Source: Phyllosticta citribraziliensis (lineage: Eukaryota). From it: a stretch of DNA of 64,000 nucleotides. The DNA is taken from contig NW_027117339.1 of the NCBI RefSeq assembly GCF_038025025.1, forward strand, positions 558,001 through 622,000, read 5' to 3'. The position numbers were made by a program, and so were the translations under genes. The notes beneath the pieces were generated by a model. It was not told the DNA's origin. It was given only the letters and a program-made list of their open reading frames with translations, and made no database searches. Shown piece by piece: positions 49,140-59,658 of this stretch (the stretch's first letter is position 1; each line of letters begins with the position of its first letter).

Positions 49140-50023
49140 GAGGAACGGACTCCACGCTTGATCCCATGATGAACAACACGGACGGTCAATTACGCACGAT
49201 ACGAGCTCGACGACATTAATGAAATTGATGATTGGCTTGGCTTGACGACCGCTGCATGTGTTGCTAGCCCCAGACTGTGCGCGCGTACTGGATCCTGAAA
49301 CGACCTGCTTTCAACTGCCAGCCGCTAAATGCGCCTTTTGCACTGCCAACCCAAGGAGCTGTGGGCTTGCGTGCGACCGTCGAGGCACATGAGCTTCTGC
49401 GAACAAAGCATTCATTTCACACACCAAGGCCCGGATTGCTCATTGGACAGCTAGTTTCACCTCTAGCTGCGCCCGGTTAGGAACGGCTCTCCACCCCAAC
49501 TCGCAAACGACGGATTGACGGCGAGCCGCGACACCCGCCAGTCTTTGCACGACGTCTAGTTCGTGATACACTGCCTCTGCGAAGGTATGCCGCTGCTGTT
49601 GTGTTGATCCCCTGCGATCTACCAAGAATACAATAGTGCATGCCGTGACCAACTAACCCCTTTCTTCTCGGATATGAGGAGCAACCATTGGATGCGACTG
49701 GTGAGATTCTGGGGGAGGCTGAAGGTATCACAAGATGACGACAAGGCAGTCGCGTATAAGAACATGGCACGAGGCGGAAGGGGCTGGACAATGCTGCGCA
49801 TTGTTCCTACCTGTCCGTCAGCCAAAGGAGTCGACAGACCAAAATCTCACTCACCGGGAAACGGACCAGCCTCAGCTCAACGCCACAAGCTAGCAAAGTC
49901 CGGCAGTGACAGTCGTCAGGGCGCTGGAGCAACACCCATTGTATAAATGCGCTTTGGAATCCTTTGGCCCTCGCCCGTGATAGCGACTCGCGCTCCCCGA
50001 CGAAACGAAACGCGCCCTCAATC

Positions 50024-51709
50024 ATGAAAGTCGCTGCCACCTCAGCGATCCTTGCGGGCACCGCGGTGCGCGCGGCATCTGCTGCCCAGGTTCTGGCGGA
50101 CTTCAAGGTCAAGACCGAGGCCTGCATTTGATGCTTCAACCGCTGAACTCGCCAAACAGCTCACCAATGCCCATTCGTACACGCAGGACACATGGAAGAC
50201 CGACATGCAGGCGGCCAAGGACAGTGGGATTGACGGCTTCGGTCAGGCCAAAGTCTCTTTTTTGACGCGCATCCAGGGCCTCGACTAACGCGTCTTTAGC
50301 TCTTGTCGCCGTGCCACCCAACTGTCAGTCGCAGGATCTCAATTGGCAACTTGACAGAATCGAAGATGCTTTCGCCGTTGCCGCTCAACAGCAATTCCTC
50401 ATCGCGCCGGCGTTTGACATGAGCTACAACACGCACAGCGCAAACTGCCCGACGGGAAAGGCGTGGAACGTCACGTTCATGGCGCAATTGATTTCCAATG
50501 CGTACTCCAAGTCGGCCGGTCTGCGCTGGAACGACAAGACGCTAGTCTTGACCCACGAGGGCGACTCGTACGGCGACGGCTACTTTGGCCAGCTGAAGGC
50601 GCTCCTCGCCAACAGCCCGGCTGTCATTGCGCCGTCGTTCAGCTCCGTGGAGAATGCGGTCGCGACCAACAAGTCATCGTCTGACCAACAGGCTGCGGAT
50701 GCCATTAGCCAATTTACCAATATTGACGGCTACTTCAACGGCAAGTGGTGTCGGTATTTGCTTACGACATGAAACCTAACAGACTTGACTCAGGATACTC
50801 TCTTCCCCATGATACCCGCGCGGATAACGTCTCATATGTCGATGCGGCTTTCCAGCGGGCTTTGAAGAAGGCGGGCAGGCCTGGACCGTTTGTTATGGGT
50901 AAGAGTCAACAATGAACGTGAGACGGGAACATTTCTGACGGGCAGATGCAGGGGTCGCCCCGTGGCAGTTCCAGGACCTGACAAGCGACACTGCGGCCGT
51001 CGAGTACGGCGACTACGCGTGGTTCAACCGATGGAATGATGTCTTCAATATGCAGCCGGATCTAGTCAACATCCTGACGTGGAACGACTACGCTTCGTCC
51101 AACTACATTCGCGATGTACCCCAGGAAAATGGCTCCAAGCCCGGGTCGGTCGATCTTGGCGAGCAGGGCAACTATGTCTACGGCATGAACCACACGGCCT
51201 GGCGCACGGTTGCTTCTTACTACATCGACGCGTACAAGTATCAAAGCATGCCGTGGATTGTCCACAACAACCTCGTCTACTGGTACCGGACGCACAAGAA
51301 GAACGCAACGTGCTCAGGCGGCATGGGGCCTGGAGGTGCGGGCATCAAGAACTGGGACTTGGTCGAAGATGCGCTCTTTGTGTGGGTTGGCGTGCGCACT
51401 ACGCTCGACTTTGAAATCTTTTGGGGCACGAGTGGGCAGAACAACTCGCCGCGCAAGGACACGCCCAAGCTCACCTTCACCTCGAACAACACGACGCCCG
51501 TCGTGTACAAGCTGCCTTTTCCGACAGACTTCCCCGCCAGTGCCGACGAGAAGATTTATCCGCAGGTTGTTGCCAACCACGACACGCGCATCGCGTACTC
51601 CAAATACAACAACGTGGCCGTCACGGCGGAGTGTAAGTGGGAAAACTTTAACGCCGCGGTCGAGGAGATGCCGCCGGATTTTGACGACGTTGTCAAGAGC
51701 CACCACTGA
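50024..51709 (+). CDS. Secreted glycoside hydrolase family 71 (alpha-1,3-glucanase/mutanase-like) protein, probably non-catalytic; 5 exons (50024-50107, 50160-50241, 50300-50740, 50794-50898, 50952-51709)
   Basis: Signal-peptide-like N-terminus; YTQDTWKTDMQAAKDSGIDGFAL, PAFDM, IDGYFN, MGVAPWQF, RW, ILTWNDY, H.AW, YYIDAYK, LVYWYR, NFNA. TATAAAT at 49942. Confidence 0.85.
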
Positions 51710-52404
51710 GGCCGGCGGTAGAGTATCGCGACGCCGTTGGGCGTGTTTTGATTTCCCGGAAAACAGAAGCACTAGACGAGAGCATGAATAGAAAAGAGTT
51801 TACGGTGGACCAGTGGTGCATTTTCCCGCCAGCCCGGCCGTCGCGGCGCACAAGGACAAGCCTTCAGACTGGCGATGGACATTTCGGCGGCGGGGGAGAA
51901 GGGGGCCAGTGGTTTCCGGGGCCGTGGTCAAATTCCCGCCGGCGGCTGATTTGGTCTAGGGGGCCAAACGGTCGTCGGGTGCAGGATGGAGGCTCAGGGG
52001 AGTGGTTTCCGGTTGTTGGGTGCTGGCGGCGACGGCGGCGCTAGACGGCGTGATTGGTATGAAGACGACGGCTGGACGGGTTTATCAACACGGGTGCGAC
52101 AATGTGACGAGATTCAGGTTGAGCGATGAGCCGTGGCGGTGTATCAGAGGCGCGGCGGCAGGGAGAGAGGGTAAGCTTTCGCGCAGCTGTTGCTGGGGTG
52201 AGGCAACCTTGATTTTCGAGGGAGGAGTGGCACCGTAAGACGAGGTGAAGCGCTGGGCCGGCAGTCGGGCCGGCGTAGCCACAACTAGCGCTGCGTCTCC
52301 GTGGCAACCCCCACGCAAAATCCGCATGTGTACCTCTGCAAAGGAGAGAATATAAAGTACCCGTACACAGAGTGAGGCGTCGCAATACCTGGATTCCCCA
52401 TTTC

Positions 52405-52561
52405 GACGCGGGCCTCTTATCCTTATCGCGCGCCTCCCGTCTGCCGCCTTGGGTGCTCGTGCTCGTGCTCGTCCTCAGGTTCAGCACATTCGCTATTACA
52501 CTTCCCCTTTCGTCTTAGCGCGTCGCGCTCGGTGTCATTTTCGCGTCGCTTGTGTCGCGTC
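52405..52561. promoter_or_regulatory. Cluster of MCB-like (GACGCG) cell-cycle elements upstream of CDT1
   Basis: GACGCG at 52405 (+) and at 52519, 52542, 52556 (-); TATAAAG at 52351. No perfect ACGCGT. Consistent with known MBF control of cdt1 in fission yeast. Confidence 0.45.
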
Positions 52562-52637
52562 TTTCTCTTCCACCATCACCAGCCCCGTCATCTCATCACC
52601 GCCATTGACACCGCCATCCTCACCCCCGTATCTTACC

Positions 52638-54779
52638 ATGCCTCGCACTCGAGGCCAGAGGCCCATTTCGACGCCTGCCGCAACCCCATCCAACAACAGA
52701 CTATCCACAATATCCACGCGCTCGCAATCCGGCATTCAACGATTCGGTCGCATTGGCAAGGCCGTCCCCGAAGAGTCGCCCTCAAAAAAGAGAAAGGCAA
52801 TCGTACACAGTGACGGCGATGAGGAGGAGGAGGGAGAGTCCACCATTGTGGAGGCGGCCGAGGACGTCGACGAGACTCCACGGCTCAAAAGGTCGCGGAA
52901 GAGGCTGCTGTTGAACCGTCCTCTTCCCCGTCCGCCTTCCGAGGATGACACTCCTACGAGGGGCACCAGCGGCCTTCTCTCTGCGCTGGACCTGTCGCAG
53001 ACGCCGCCCATGATGCAGCCTCGTTTCTCGCCTTCCAAGGAGACGATGAGAACGGCCGACACCATCAAGACCGTGGACACGCCCAATTCGCCCACCGACA
53101 CGCCTGCCACAAGTCCTTGCTGCTCAGAGCCACCAAGCTCCCGCCCAAGCATGCAGGACAGGAAGAGCGACGAGCTGCCTCAGGGCTTGCTGGATCTCAT
53201 TGATTTGCATTCATCATTTCTCGGCGCATTATCATTCTACTACGCCCACAACGGCATCTCAGCACCCGTCGACATTCGCATGCTTATACCGGCAATTACT
53301 ACAAAATGGGGCAAGCGCAAGGTCACGGTCGAAGATATCAGGCGCTCGCTCGGCGTCATGCAGAGCAGCGCCTTCACAGCGCATCCCCACCCCGCACTCA
53401 AGGCCCGCACATTCTTGCTCTCGGACTATGGCCACGGGAAAATCTGTCTGGAACAGCAGGAGAGCAGAAAGGCGCGCAGCAGACGCTCGAGCACCGTCAT
53501 TCCGCAAGTCCTCGACGAGAATGCTCTCAATGCTCTCTTCTCGATAGAGCTGTCGCAACGGTGGGACGAGTACAGGAGAAAGATAACGCCAAACTCGAAG
53601 AGTCCGCAGTCCGTCTCGTACTTTGTCAGCCAGATGCCTCTTACTGAGATTACGACATGTCCTTCACTCGCCAAGATGGGCCCGTTCCTGGCAAAGGGTC
53701 AACAGCGCTTGGAAGATTTCAAGGCGGGTGCCCTCAAGCGCCAGGCCTCCATGATGAACTTTTCAAGGCCGTTGGGTGCGCAGACTCCAGCACCGGCTGA
53801 GACGGATCCGACGCCAGAGAGCTCAGAGAGCCCATCTGAGACTGAGGAGGTGGAAGAAAAGGGCATTCTCAAGACTCCCCGGCCAGCCACATCAAGCGCA
53901 GTTCCTGAGACCCCAGCGGCTCCAACAACTGCCACCAAGAATTCCCGCTCATTATTCCGCTCGAAATCCATCTCAAATCTGTCGGCGAAGGCTACATCTG
54001 TGACGAAAAAGTCGACGCTCATGACCAAAAAGTCGTTCTCGTCTCTCTCCTCCATGGCCAAGTCCTCAGACACAACCTCATTTCCACCTCCGGTGCCCTC
54101 GCTCCCCAAAACCAAAACTCTCCCCTCCACTCAGCCCGCCGACCCCCAAACCCCTGCTCCCAACCGCTCGCACCACTCGCGCGGCGCCTCCCTCCTCGAA
54201 CGCATCCGCGCCAAACAAACCGCCGCCGCCAACGCTCCTCCAGGCCCAACACCCGAAGAGCGCGCGCGAATCGCCGCCCTCCACCGCGCCGAAGACGTCC
54301 TCGCCACCCTCAGCCTGATGGCAAGCACCGCCTCCGTCGTCACCGGCTCATACTACTCCGCCGCCGCGCTCGCCATGACCGCAGCGTTGCCCTCGCCCTC
54401 GCCCTCAACGCCCTCTTCCCCTTCCGTGTCCACGTCAACGCGCGATTCGGCCGCCCTCTCGGCCGCCTCGACGCGCGCCTCCACTGCCGCGTCGTCGACC
54501 GGCTCCGGCGCCCCGCTGCTCGGCAACGGCTCGTCCCCGCAGCGCGTCTCGTTCCCCCTGCCGCGCCTCGTCCGCGACGTGCAGGCTAGCAGCCGCAGCC
54601 CCGTGGGCGCGGACGAGGTCAAGCGGTGCGTCCAGGTGCTCGCCGACGAGGTGGCCAAGGGGTACGTCGCGCTTGTCAAGCTCGGCGCGACTGAGGTCGT
54701 CGTCGTGGATTTGGCGAAGAGGGTAGGGAGTGCGGAGGTCAGGCGGAGAGTTGGTGTTGCGCTGGGTGGAAAGATTTAG
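52638..54779 (+). CDS. CDT1: DNA replication licensing factor Cdt1 (filamentous-fungal type), single exon
   Basis: ELPQGLLDLIDLHSSFL.AL..YYAHNG..AP.D, WGKRKVTVEDIRR, LSDYGHGKICLE, SLLERIRAKQ, C-terminal winged-helix-like segment; many S/T-P CDK sites. First ATG of the frame is at 52638. Confidence 0.82.
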   Translation: MPRTRGQRPISTPAATPSNNRLSTISTRSQSGIQRFGRIGKAVPEESPSKKRKAIVHSDGDEEEEGESTIVEAAEDVDETPRLKRSRKRLLLNRPLPRPPSEDDTPTRGTSGLLSALDLSQTPPMMQPRFSPSKETMRTADTIKTVDTPNSPTDTPATSPCCSEPPSSRPSMQDRKSDELPQGLLDLIDLHSSFLGALSFYYAHNGISAPVDIRMLIPAITTKWGKRKVTVEDIRRSLGVMQSSAFTAHPHPALKARTFLLSDYGHGKICLEQQESRKARSRRSSTVIPQVLDENALNALFSIELSQRWDEYRRKITPNSKSPQSVSYFVSQMPLTEITTCPSLAKMGPFLAKGQQRLEDFKAGALKRQASMMNFSRPLGAQTPAPAETDPTPESSESPSETEEVEEKGILKTPRPATSSAVPETPAAPTTATKNSRSLFRSKSISNLSAKATSVTKKSTLMTKKSFSSLSSMAKSSDTTSFPPPVPSLPKTKTLPSTQPADPQTPAPNRSHHSRGASLLERIRAKQTAAANAPPGPTPEERARIAALHRAEDVLATLSLMASTASVVTGSYYSAAALAMTAALPSPSPSTPSSPSVSTSTRDSAALSAASTRASTAASSTGSGAPLLGNGSSPQRVSFPLPRLVRDVQASSRSPVGADEVKRCVQVLADEVAKGYVALVKLGATEVVVVDLAKRVGSAEVRRRVGVALGGKI

Positions 54780-55608
54780 CGTTGTTGCTGGTTTGGGCAT
54801 TTTGCTTCTGATGGTTTCTGCTGGACAGACTGGATGGTTGGATTCGAAATTTTGGGTGCGATGAGAGCGCTGTGGTTGGTTGGTTGCTTGAGCGCTTGGT
54901 TGTTCGTTGGATTCGGGTGGTACGACTTGATGCTACGACGTTGGATACCCACCGCACCGCACCCCACCCCGCGCCTTCGATGGTCATGATCACGAACGAT
55001 ATGATGATAGTGTGTTGTACAGTACAGTATGGGACAGGACGGTCACGACAAATACGCTTGCTTGCTCTATACTAAACTACCTATGCATTTGACGAATACG
55101 TGTGCATGCTTGGATGAGGTACATTTGAGGACTCTCCCTCGTCCTCGCTTTTCCGCCACACCTCCTCACTCTCCCCCTGAGAAGGCACGCGTGGCCCCCG
55201 TGTGCCGCACCTCCTTCCTGCCGAGTGCCGCCTCGGCTCTCGTGGCCGTCTTTCTTTCGACATTAGTCATTCGGTTGCCTTGTTTTTGGGCTGTCTGAGC
55301 GCCGCATATTGCAAAGAGCATGGGAGTTGTTGGATTTTGGACCGCTCCCGTCTATCTTGTGTGCTGTTCGACAGGGGCGAATGGGAGAATCTACGAGACG
55401 CTTTGATCCGACGGTTAGGGCTTGGAGGTTTTGAGGGCCAGCCTGCGTCACCGAAGTCCTCTCGAAGAATAGACCGCGAGATCTAAATGTCACCCGTACA
55501 CCAAGAGTCACAGTCGGATGCAGTTAAGTCTTGAAAACACAACATTGCGACGGAAGGCGGTTTTGGCCGTTAGGGGTGTCACGAGGATTCGCCCCGTAAG
55601 TCACAGCC

Positions 55609-58251
55609 CTATCGCTTGTTCATCGCTTCGAGTGCTCCCTTTCTTTCCTTCTCCGCCTTCTTTGCTTCTTCATCCTTTGCCGCCAGGATATTCTTGACTT
55701 TACTCAGATGAGTTTTGGCCCTCCATCCTTTAGGCTTGCGGCCGGAGGCCTTCATTGATATGCTCAAGTCCTCCTTGTGCTTGAAGTCGTCCAGGATGTA
55801 GTAGAGCAGCCGAGTATTGTACATTGTGAGAGACTCTTTCTCTTCGTCATGAATGAAACCGATCTCCTTTCCGACCTTCCCTAGGTACTCCACATACGTG
55901 AAGCCGAGGCGGTAGTAGTCGCGCTCCACGTCGGCGCAGGCGAGCTTTGGCAGGCACCTCTTCAGTATGCCGACGAATTTGGGCCATGACAACGGCCGTC
56001 TCACTCTGTTTGGCGGCGCTTGCTGCGGCGCTTGCACCTCTGCACCATATTCTTCTAGCTGCCTCGCAAAAAGGTCAAGACCTACGTCTTCTTCACACTC
56101 CATGGCTATCTCCCACAATGTCTGCACTGGCTTGGGTACTTGTATCTTTGTTCCCGAGAAGTCGTATTGACCATCTCCAGTCCTTGGAAGTCGAGTCTCG
56201 ACGAGCTGCAACAATGCCGTGGCGTTGGCCGGAATGACGGCAGGGAACCATTCTGGACATTGATCCAAGATGGCTTGGTCTTGTCGAGCTTTGGGGTCCG
56301 ACTCTCCATCCATGACGTTGAGCGCCATAATGAGATGGACCAGGACAAAGACGGATAGGTGCCCGTTCATAATTTCGATATCCGCCTTGTAGTCCACAAG
56401 TCGCCGCCGCAGCGCCAACTCGCCGACATATAGAGGCTGGTTCTTGAGGTAGAATTGCCCTCCTTCCAGACCTAGACCCGCAAACCAGTTCACTTCCATC
56501 CGCTTCACGGGGAAATGAGGAGCCTTGTCGATCTTGGACAGCTGATCGTCTTCTGGAATCGGGACAGTCCGTCGTGATCTACCTTCGGCGACGTGGTAAG
56601 TCTCGTTCCCCTCATTGTCGACGGCCCACTCGAATTTGGCGGAGAAAATTGTCTCTCCGGATTGTCTGAGACAGTTCTTCACCACCCGCTCCTGAGTGAA
56701 GCCCCAATTATCCTCGTATATTCCCTTCCGTGATTTACTGCTATCGTGATAATCTCGATAGACCATCCTATTTTTAAAATAAGGCTCTTCTCCTGCCTCG
56801 TCGTTCACCTCCTTATGTGTCTGTCTATACAGCAATTCTTGTTTATTTATCATATTTTCGTCAAAAAGTTGACTGATTTTGACCAGGAGTTGAACGGTGT
56901 AGCTGACACCCATGAACACATCAGAATTGCCCTCAACAACGTGGTTCAAGCAGACCGAGAAATAATCTGTTCCAAGATAACTGGGCCTAGGACGGTCCGG
57001 TTTCTGTGGGTCGAGTATGGGCTCCCCACCTGACGGGTCGACAATGGCACTGTACGAATACAGCAGCCTAATGTCATTGAGGTACTTCCAAGTCAGTTGG
57101 ATCTGTTCGTCGTAAGCCGTCTTCAATTTTTTCCGAGACTCTAGTTGGTTTTTGTCCAGCTTTCTCTTTTTCCCCTGACCCGGCTTTGACTGGGGCTTGT
57201 TGAAACGGTCCCCCGGATACACGTGTCCCAAGTCCACTGGGTAGCCCGGGACCGGAACCTTTTTCTTTTGCGAGTCCCACAACTTTGAAATCGCCCGGAA
57301 GTTGTTCAATACGGGAATGGTTGGATAGTGGAGCAGCTCCAAGTGGTCCTTGAGTGTGGTCATGGAGCTGATCTTCTGATCTTCTTGGTCCAGTAGAAGC
57401 AATCCGCGCACGTCCGCCAGAAAAGTGGGTGGATATTCATCATTTTCGACATTGAGAGCCGCAACACACCTCTCAGATTGCCATTCATGGAGAATTTCTA
57501 GCAGTTTCTCATCCTCTCCTGTCTCTTCCATCATTTGTTCGAAGAATTCTCTTTCCATCTTGAGCGATCTTGTTGCAGCACCGCGGGCTATCAGCGACGC
57601 TTGAATCAGTCCCATTCCCGTCTTCCTGTATTGTTTCCATGCATCCATGACCTCGAACGTCATGCTCCTCATATCTATCATCAGCCGGTAGAGCTTCATT
57701 GCGAAGTAATGCCTTGGATCCCACAACATGCGCAGGATATAGTAAATGACGGCGATGAAAAATTCGTGGTTGCGGTTTGATTCAAGGTGTTTTTGATATT
57801 GCTCAAAGGTCCCAAAATCCCTGCGTGTAAAGGTCGAAAAGTGTCGATTGGCTTTCTTTCGTAAATCAATGCATCCCTCCAACGATGCTTGCTCCTGTCG
57901 AGGGAGTGTGACGCCCTGAAGGTTGAGAAGATCTGCTTGCTGTGCGATCTTCAGGACACTCTCCCCGAAGAAAGGTGATTCCAGTTCTCTGCTTTCTTGA
58001 ATCTCTACAAAGCCGAGTCTTTCATTCAAAGATCTCCTGTATTTCCGGAGCTTTTCTACCTCTCTGTTCCATGATCTGGGGCTGGTAGGGGTCATTGCCT
58101 CTCTCCAGCCGTGTTTCTTCGCGTTGGTCTCGATCCAGTTGGTAAATCGCTTCGTGCGATTTGTGTAATTTGCTCTGATTGTATCCAGCTCCCTACTTTC
58201 GAGCCGATCAGTATCTTCTTGGCTGATCTGCCTTGACGACGTGTCCGCCAT
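55609..58251 (-). CDS. DUF6604-like protein, paralog A (880 aa, intronless)
   Basis: Long ORF; N-terminal Y....K.F..W....AK..GW, LEGCIDLRK, SNRNHEFFI.V...IL, W.QYR....L; clear homology to the two neighbouring ORFs. Family name is from motif memory. Confidence 0.8.
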   Translation of the reverse strand: MADTSSRQISQEDTDRLESRELDTIRANYTNRTKRFTNWIETNAKKHGWREAMTPTSPRSWNREVEKLRKYRRSLNERLGFVEIQESRELESPFFGESVLKIAQQADLLNLQGVTLPRQEQASLEGCIDLRKKANRHFSTFTRRDFGTFEQYQKHLESNRNHEFFIAVIYYILRMLWDPRHYFAMKLYRLMIDMRSMTFEVMDAWKQYRKTGMGLIQASLIARGAATRSLKMEREFFEQMMEETGEDEKLLEILHEWQSERCVAALNVENDEYPPTFLADVRGLLLLDQEDQKISSMTTLKDHLELLHYPTIPVLNNFRAISKLWDSQKKKVPVPGYPVDLGHVYPGDRFNKPQSKPGQGKKRKLDKNQLESRKKLKTAYDEQIQLTWKYLNDIRLLYSYSAIVDPSGGEPILDPQKPDRPRPSYLGTDYFSVCLNHVVEGNSDVFMGVSYTVQLLVKISQLFDENMINKQELLYRQTHKEVNDEAGEEPYFKNRMVYRDYHDSSKSRKGIYEDNWGFTQERVVKNCLRQSGETIFSAKFEWAVDNEGNETYHVAEGRSRRTVPIPEDDQLSKIDKAPHFPVKRMEVNWFAGLGLEGGQFYLKNQPLYVGELALRRRLVDYKADIEIMNGHLSVFVLVHLIMALNVMDGESDPKARQDQAILDQCPEWFPAVIPANATALLQLVETRLPRTGDGQYDFSGTKIQVPKPVQTLWEIAMECEEDVGLDLFARQLEEYGAEVQAPQQAPPNRVRRPLSWPKFVGILKRCLPKLACADVERDYYRLGFTYVEYLGKVGKEIGFIHDEEKESLTMYNTRLLYYILDDFKHKEDLSISMKASGRKPKGWRAKTHLSKVKNILAAKDEEAKKAEKERKGALEAMNKR

Positions 58252-59658
58252 TGCGTATTATGATGTAAGTGATACAGCAAAAAGGAGTCAGGATAGTTGG
58301 AAAACGTGCCAGAAAGACTCGAACCACCAGGCGAATGAGGCACTACAAATGGGGAATGGTCTTTGGATCAATCTCGGGCGAACAAAGGGCACTCGAGAGG
58401 GGTTTCTTTAAGCATCATTTATCTGTGGAATAGAAAGTCCTGTTATCACAATACCAGTTTCGTGATCGGGAACTTCAAGAGACTGTTTGATCAAGTTTTC
58501 AATAGGAACTTTTTTCCGGCGTTCGTATGCCCCTGGGCAGGAGGAATAAGTGTCTTTGTTCAGCGATGTCCGTCTTCGGCTACTTCGAAGCTTTCAAGCA
58601 GATTTGGGAACACAAAGCCTGCGTTCGCAACAGGTTGAGTTATCGACGGTCAACAAAGACCTTCCTTCGCCGAGAGAGGCTCCGAGTAAACCCGTGCACA
58701 GCTGCATTTGGCCCACACAAGTGTGCGGGCAGTCACTTCAGCACTCCTGTGGCTTCTCCGTCTGCCACTCTCAATCAACCATTGAGATTTCACTTCTTTG
58801 GCCGCGACTGTCTCGCCAGGTCATGAGTCGTGCGTTTGATGTTCAGATGCGGTCGCCTCTGTTGCACAACCATACGGGCTTCCGTCTACGGCTCCGGACG
58901 GCTCGCCCTTCGACGTCACACATCATCGTTTACACCTCCCGCCGGAGCCAACAGTTTGCGCTCTAGTATCCAGACCCTTCGCCTTGGATAGCCGCCCATT
59001 CTGCGACCTGCGACCAAGCCTATCATGTTAGACAGCAAACATCGTTCTTGTCTAGCTCCCTTGCACAGTATGGAGTCCCGTCATGGATTTACAGCTGCGT
59101 TTTTGCGGGAAGATCGATCCCTCGACGAAAGCGGAAAAGGCCCTTTGTCCTCCAAGCGGCGATTTGCTCCGCTCAATCAACAGACCGTAACTTGTCATTG
59201 TCGCACGATACAAAGGCCTCCTGTATCTCAGCGATGGATTCAAGGGCCTCATTTCCCTGAACGCGAATTTGTGCGAAACACAGTAAATGACGCGAAAATT
59301 CTAGTGCAGCACACTTCGTGGACAAGGAGCGCATTCGTACGCTTCGAACCGGCAACTCACAGTTGCATTCGAGCGACCTGGTGCCGGAGGCCTTCAGGGG
59401 TTTTGAGCATCTATATGGGATGGTAGCAGCTAGTACCCATCCTCAAGCTCACTGGGATGGTTCTTGTGTGCCTCGCGACTTTCGCCGTCAAAGGGCTGTA
59501 CACGCCGCAAACGTACAGTACAATGACTGGAAAAGTTCTGGAGAGCTCTTTGTGCTTTTGCGGACCATTAAACCATAGCCTCCCGCTGACAATTTCTCGC
59601 CCGTATTTTTCCAACTATCTTGACTGGCCACTACTGCACACTTTTACGTGGATTCGAA

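Noticed and set aside
58300..59600. Short ORFs between paralogs A and B as antidote or partner genes
   Set aside because: No motifs, most lack ATG starts, and no convincing splice model.
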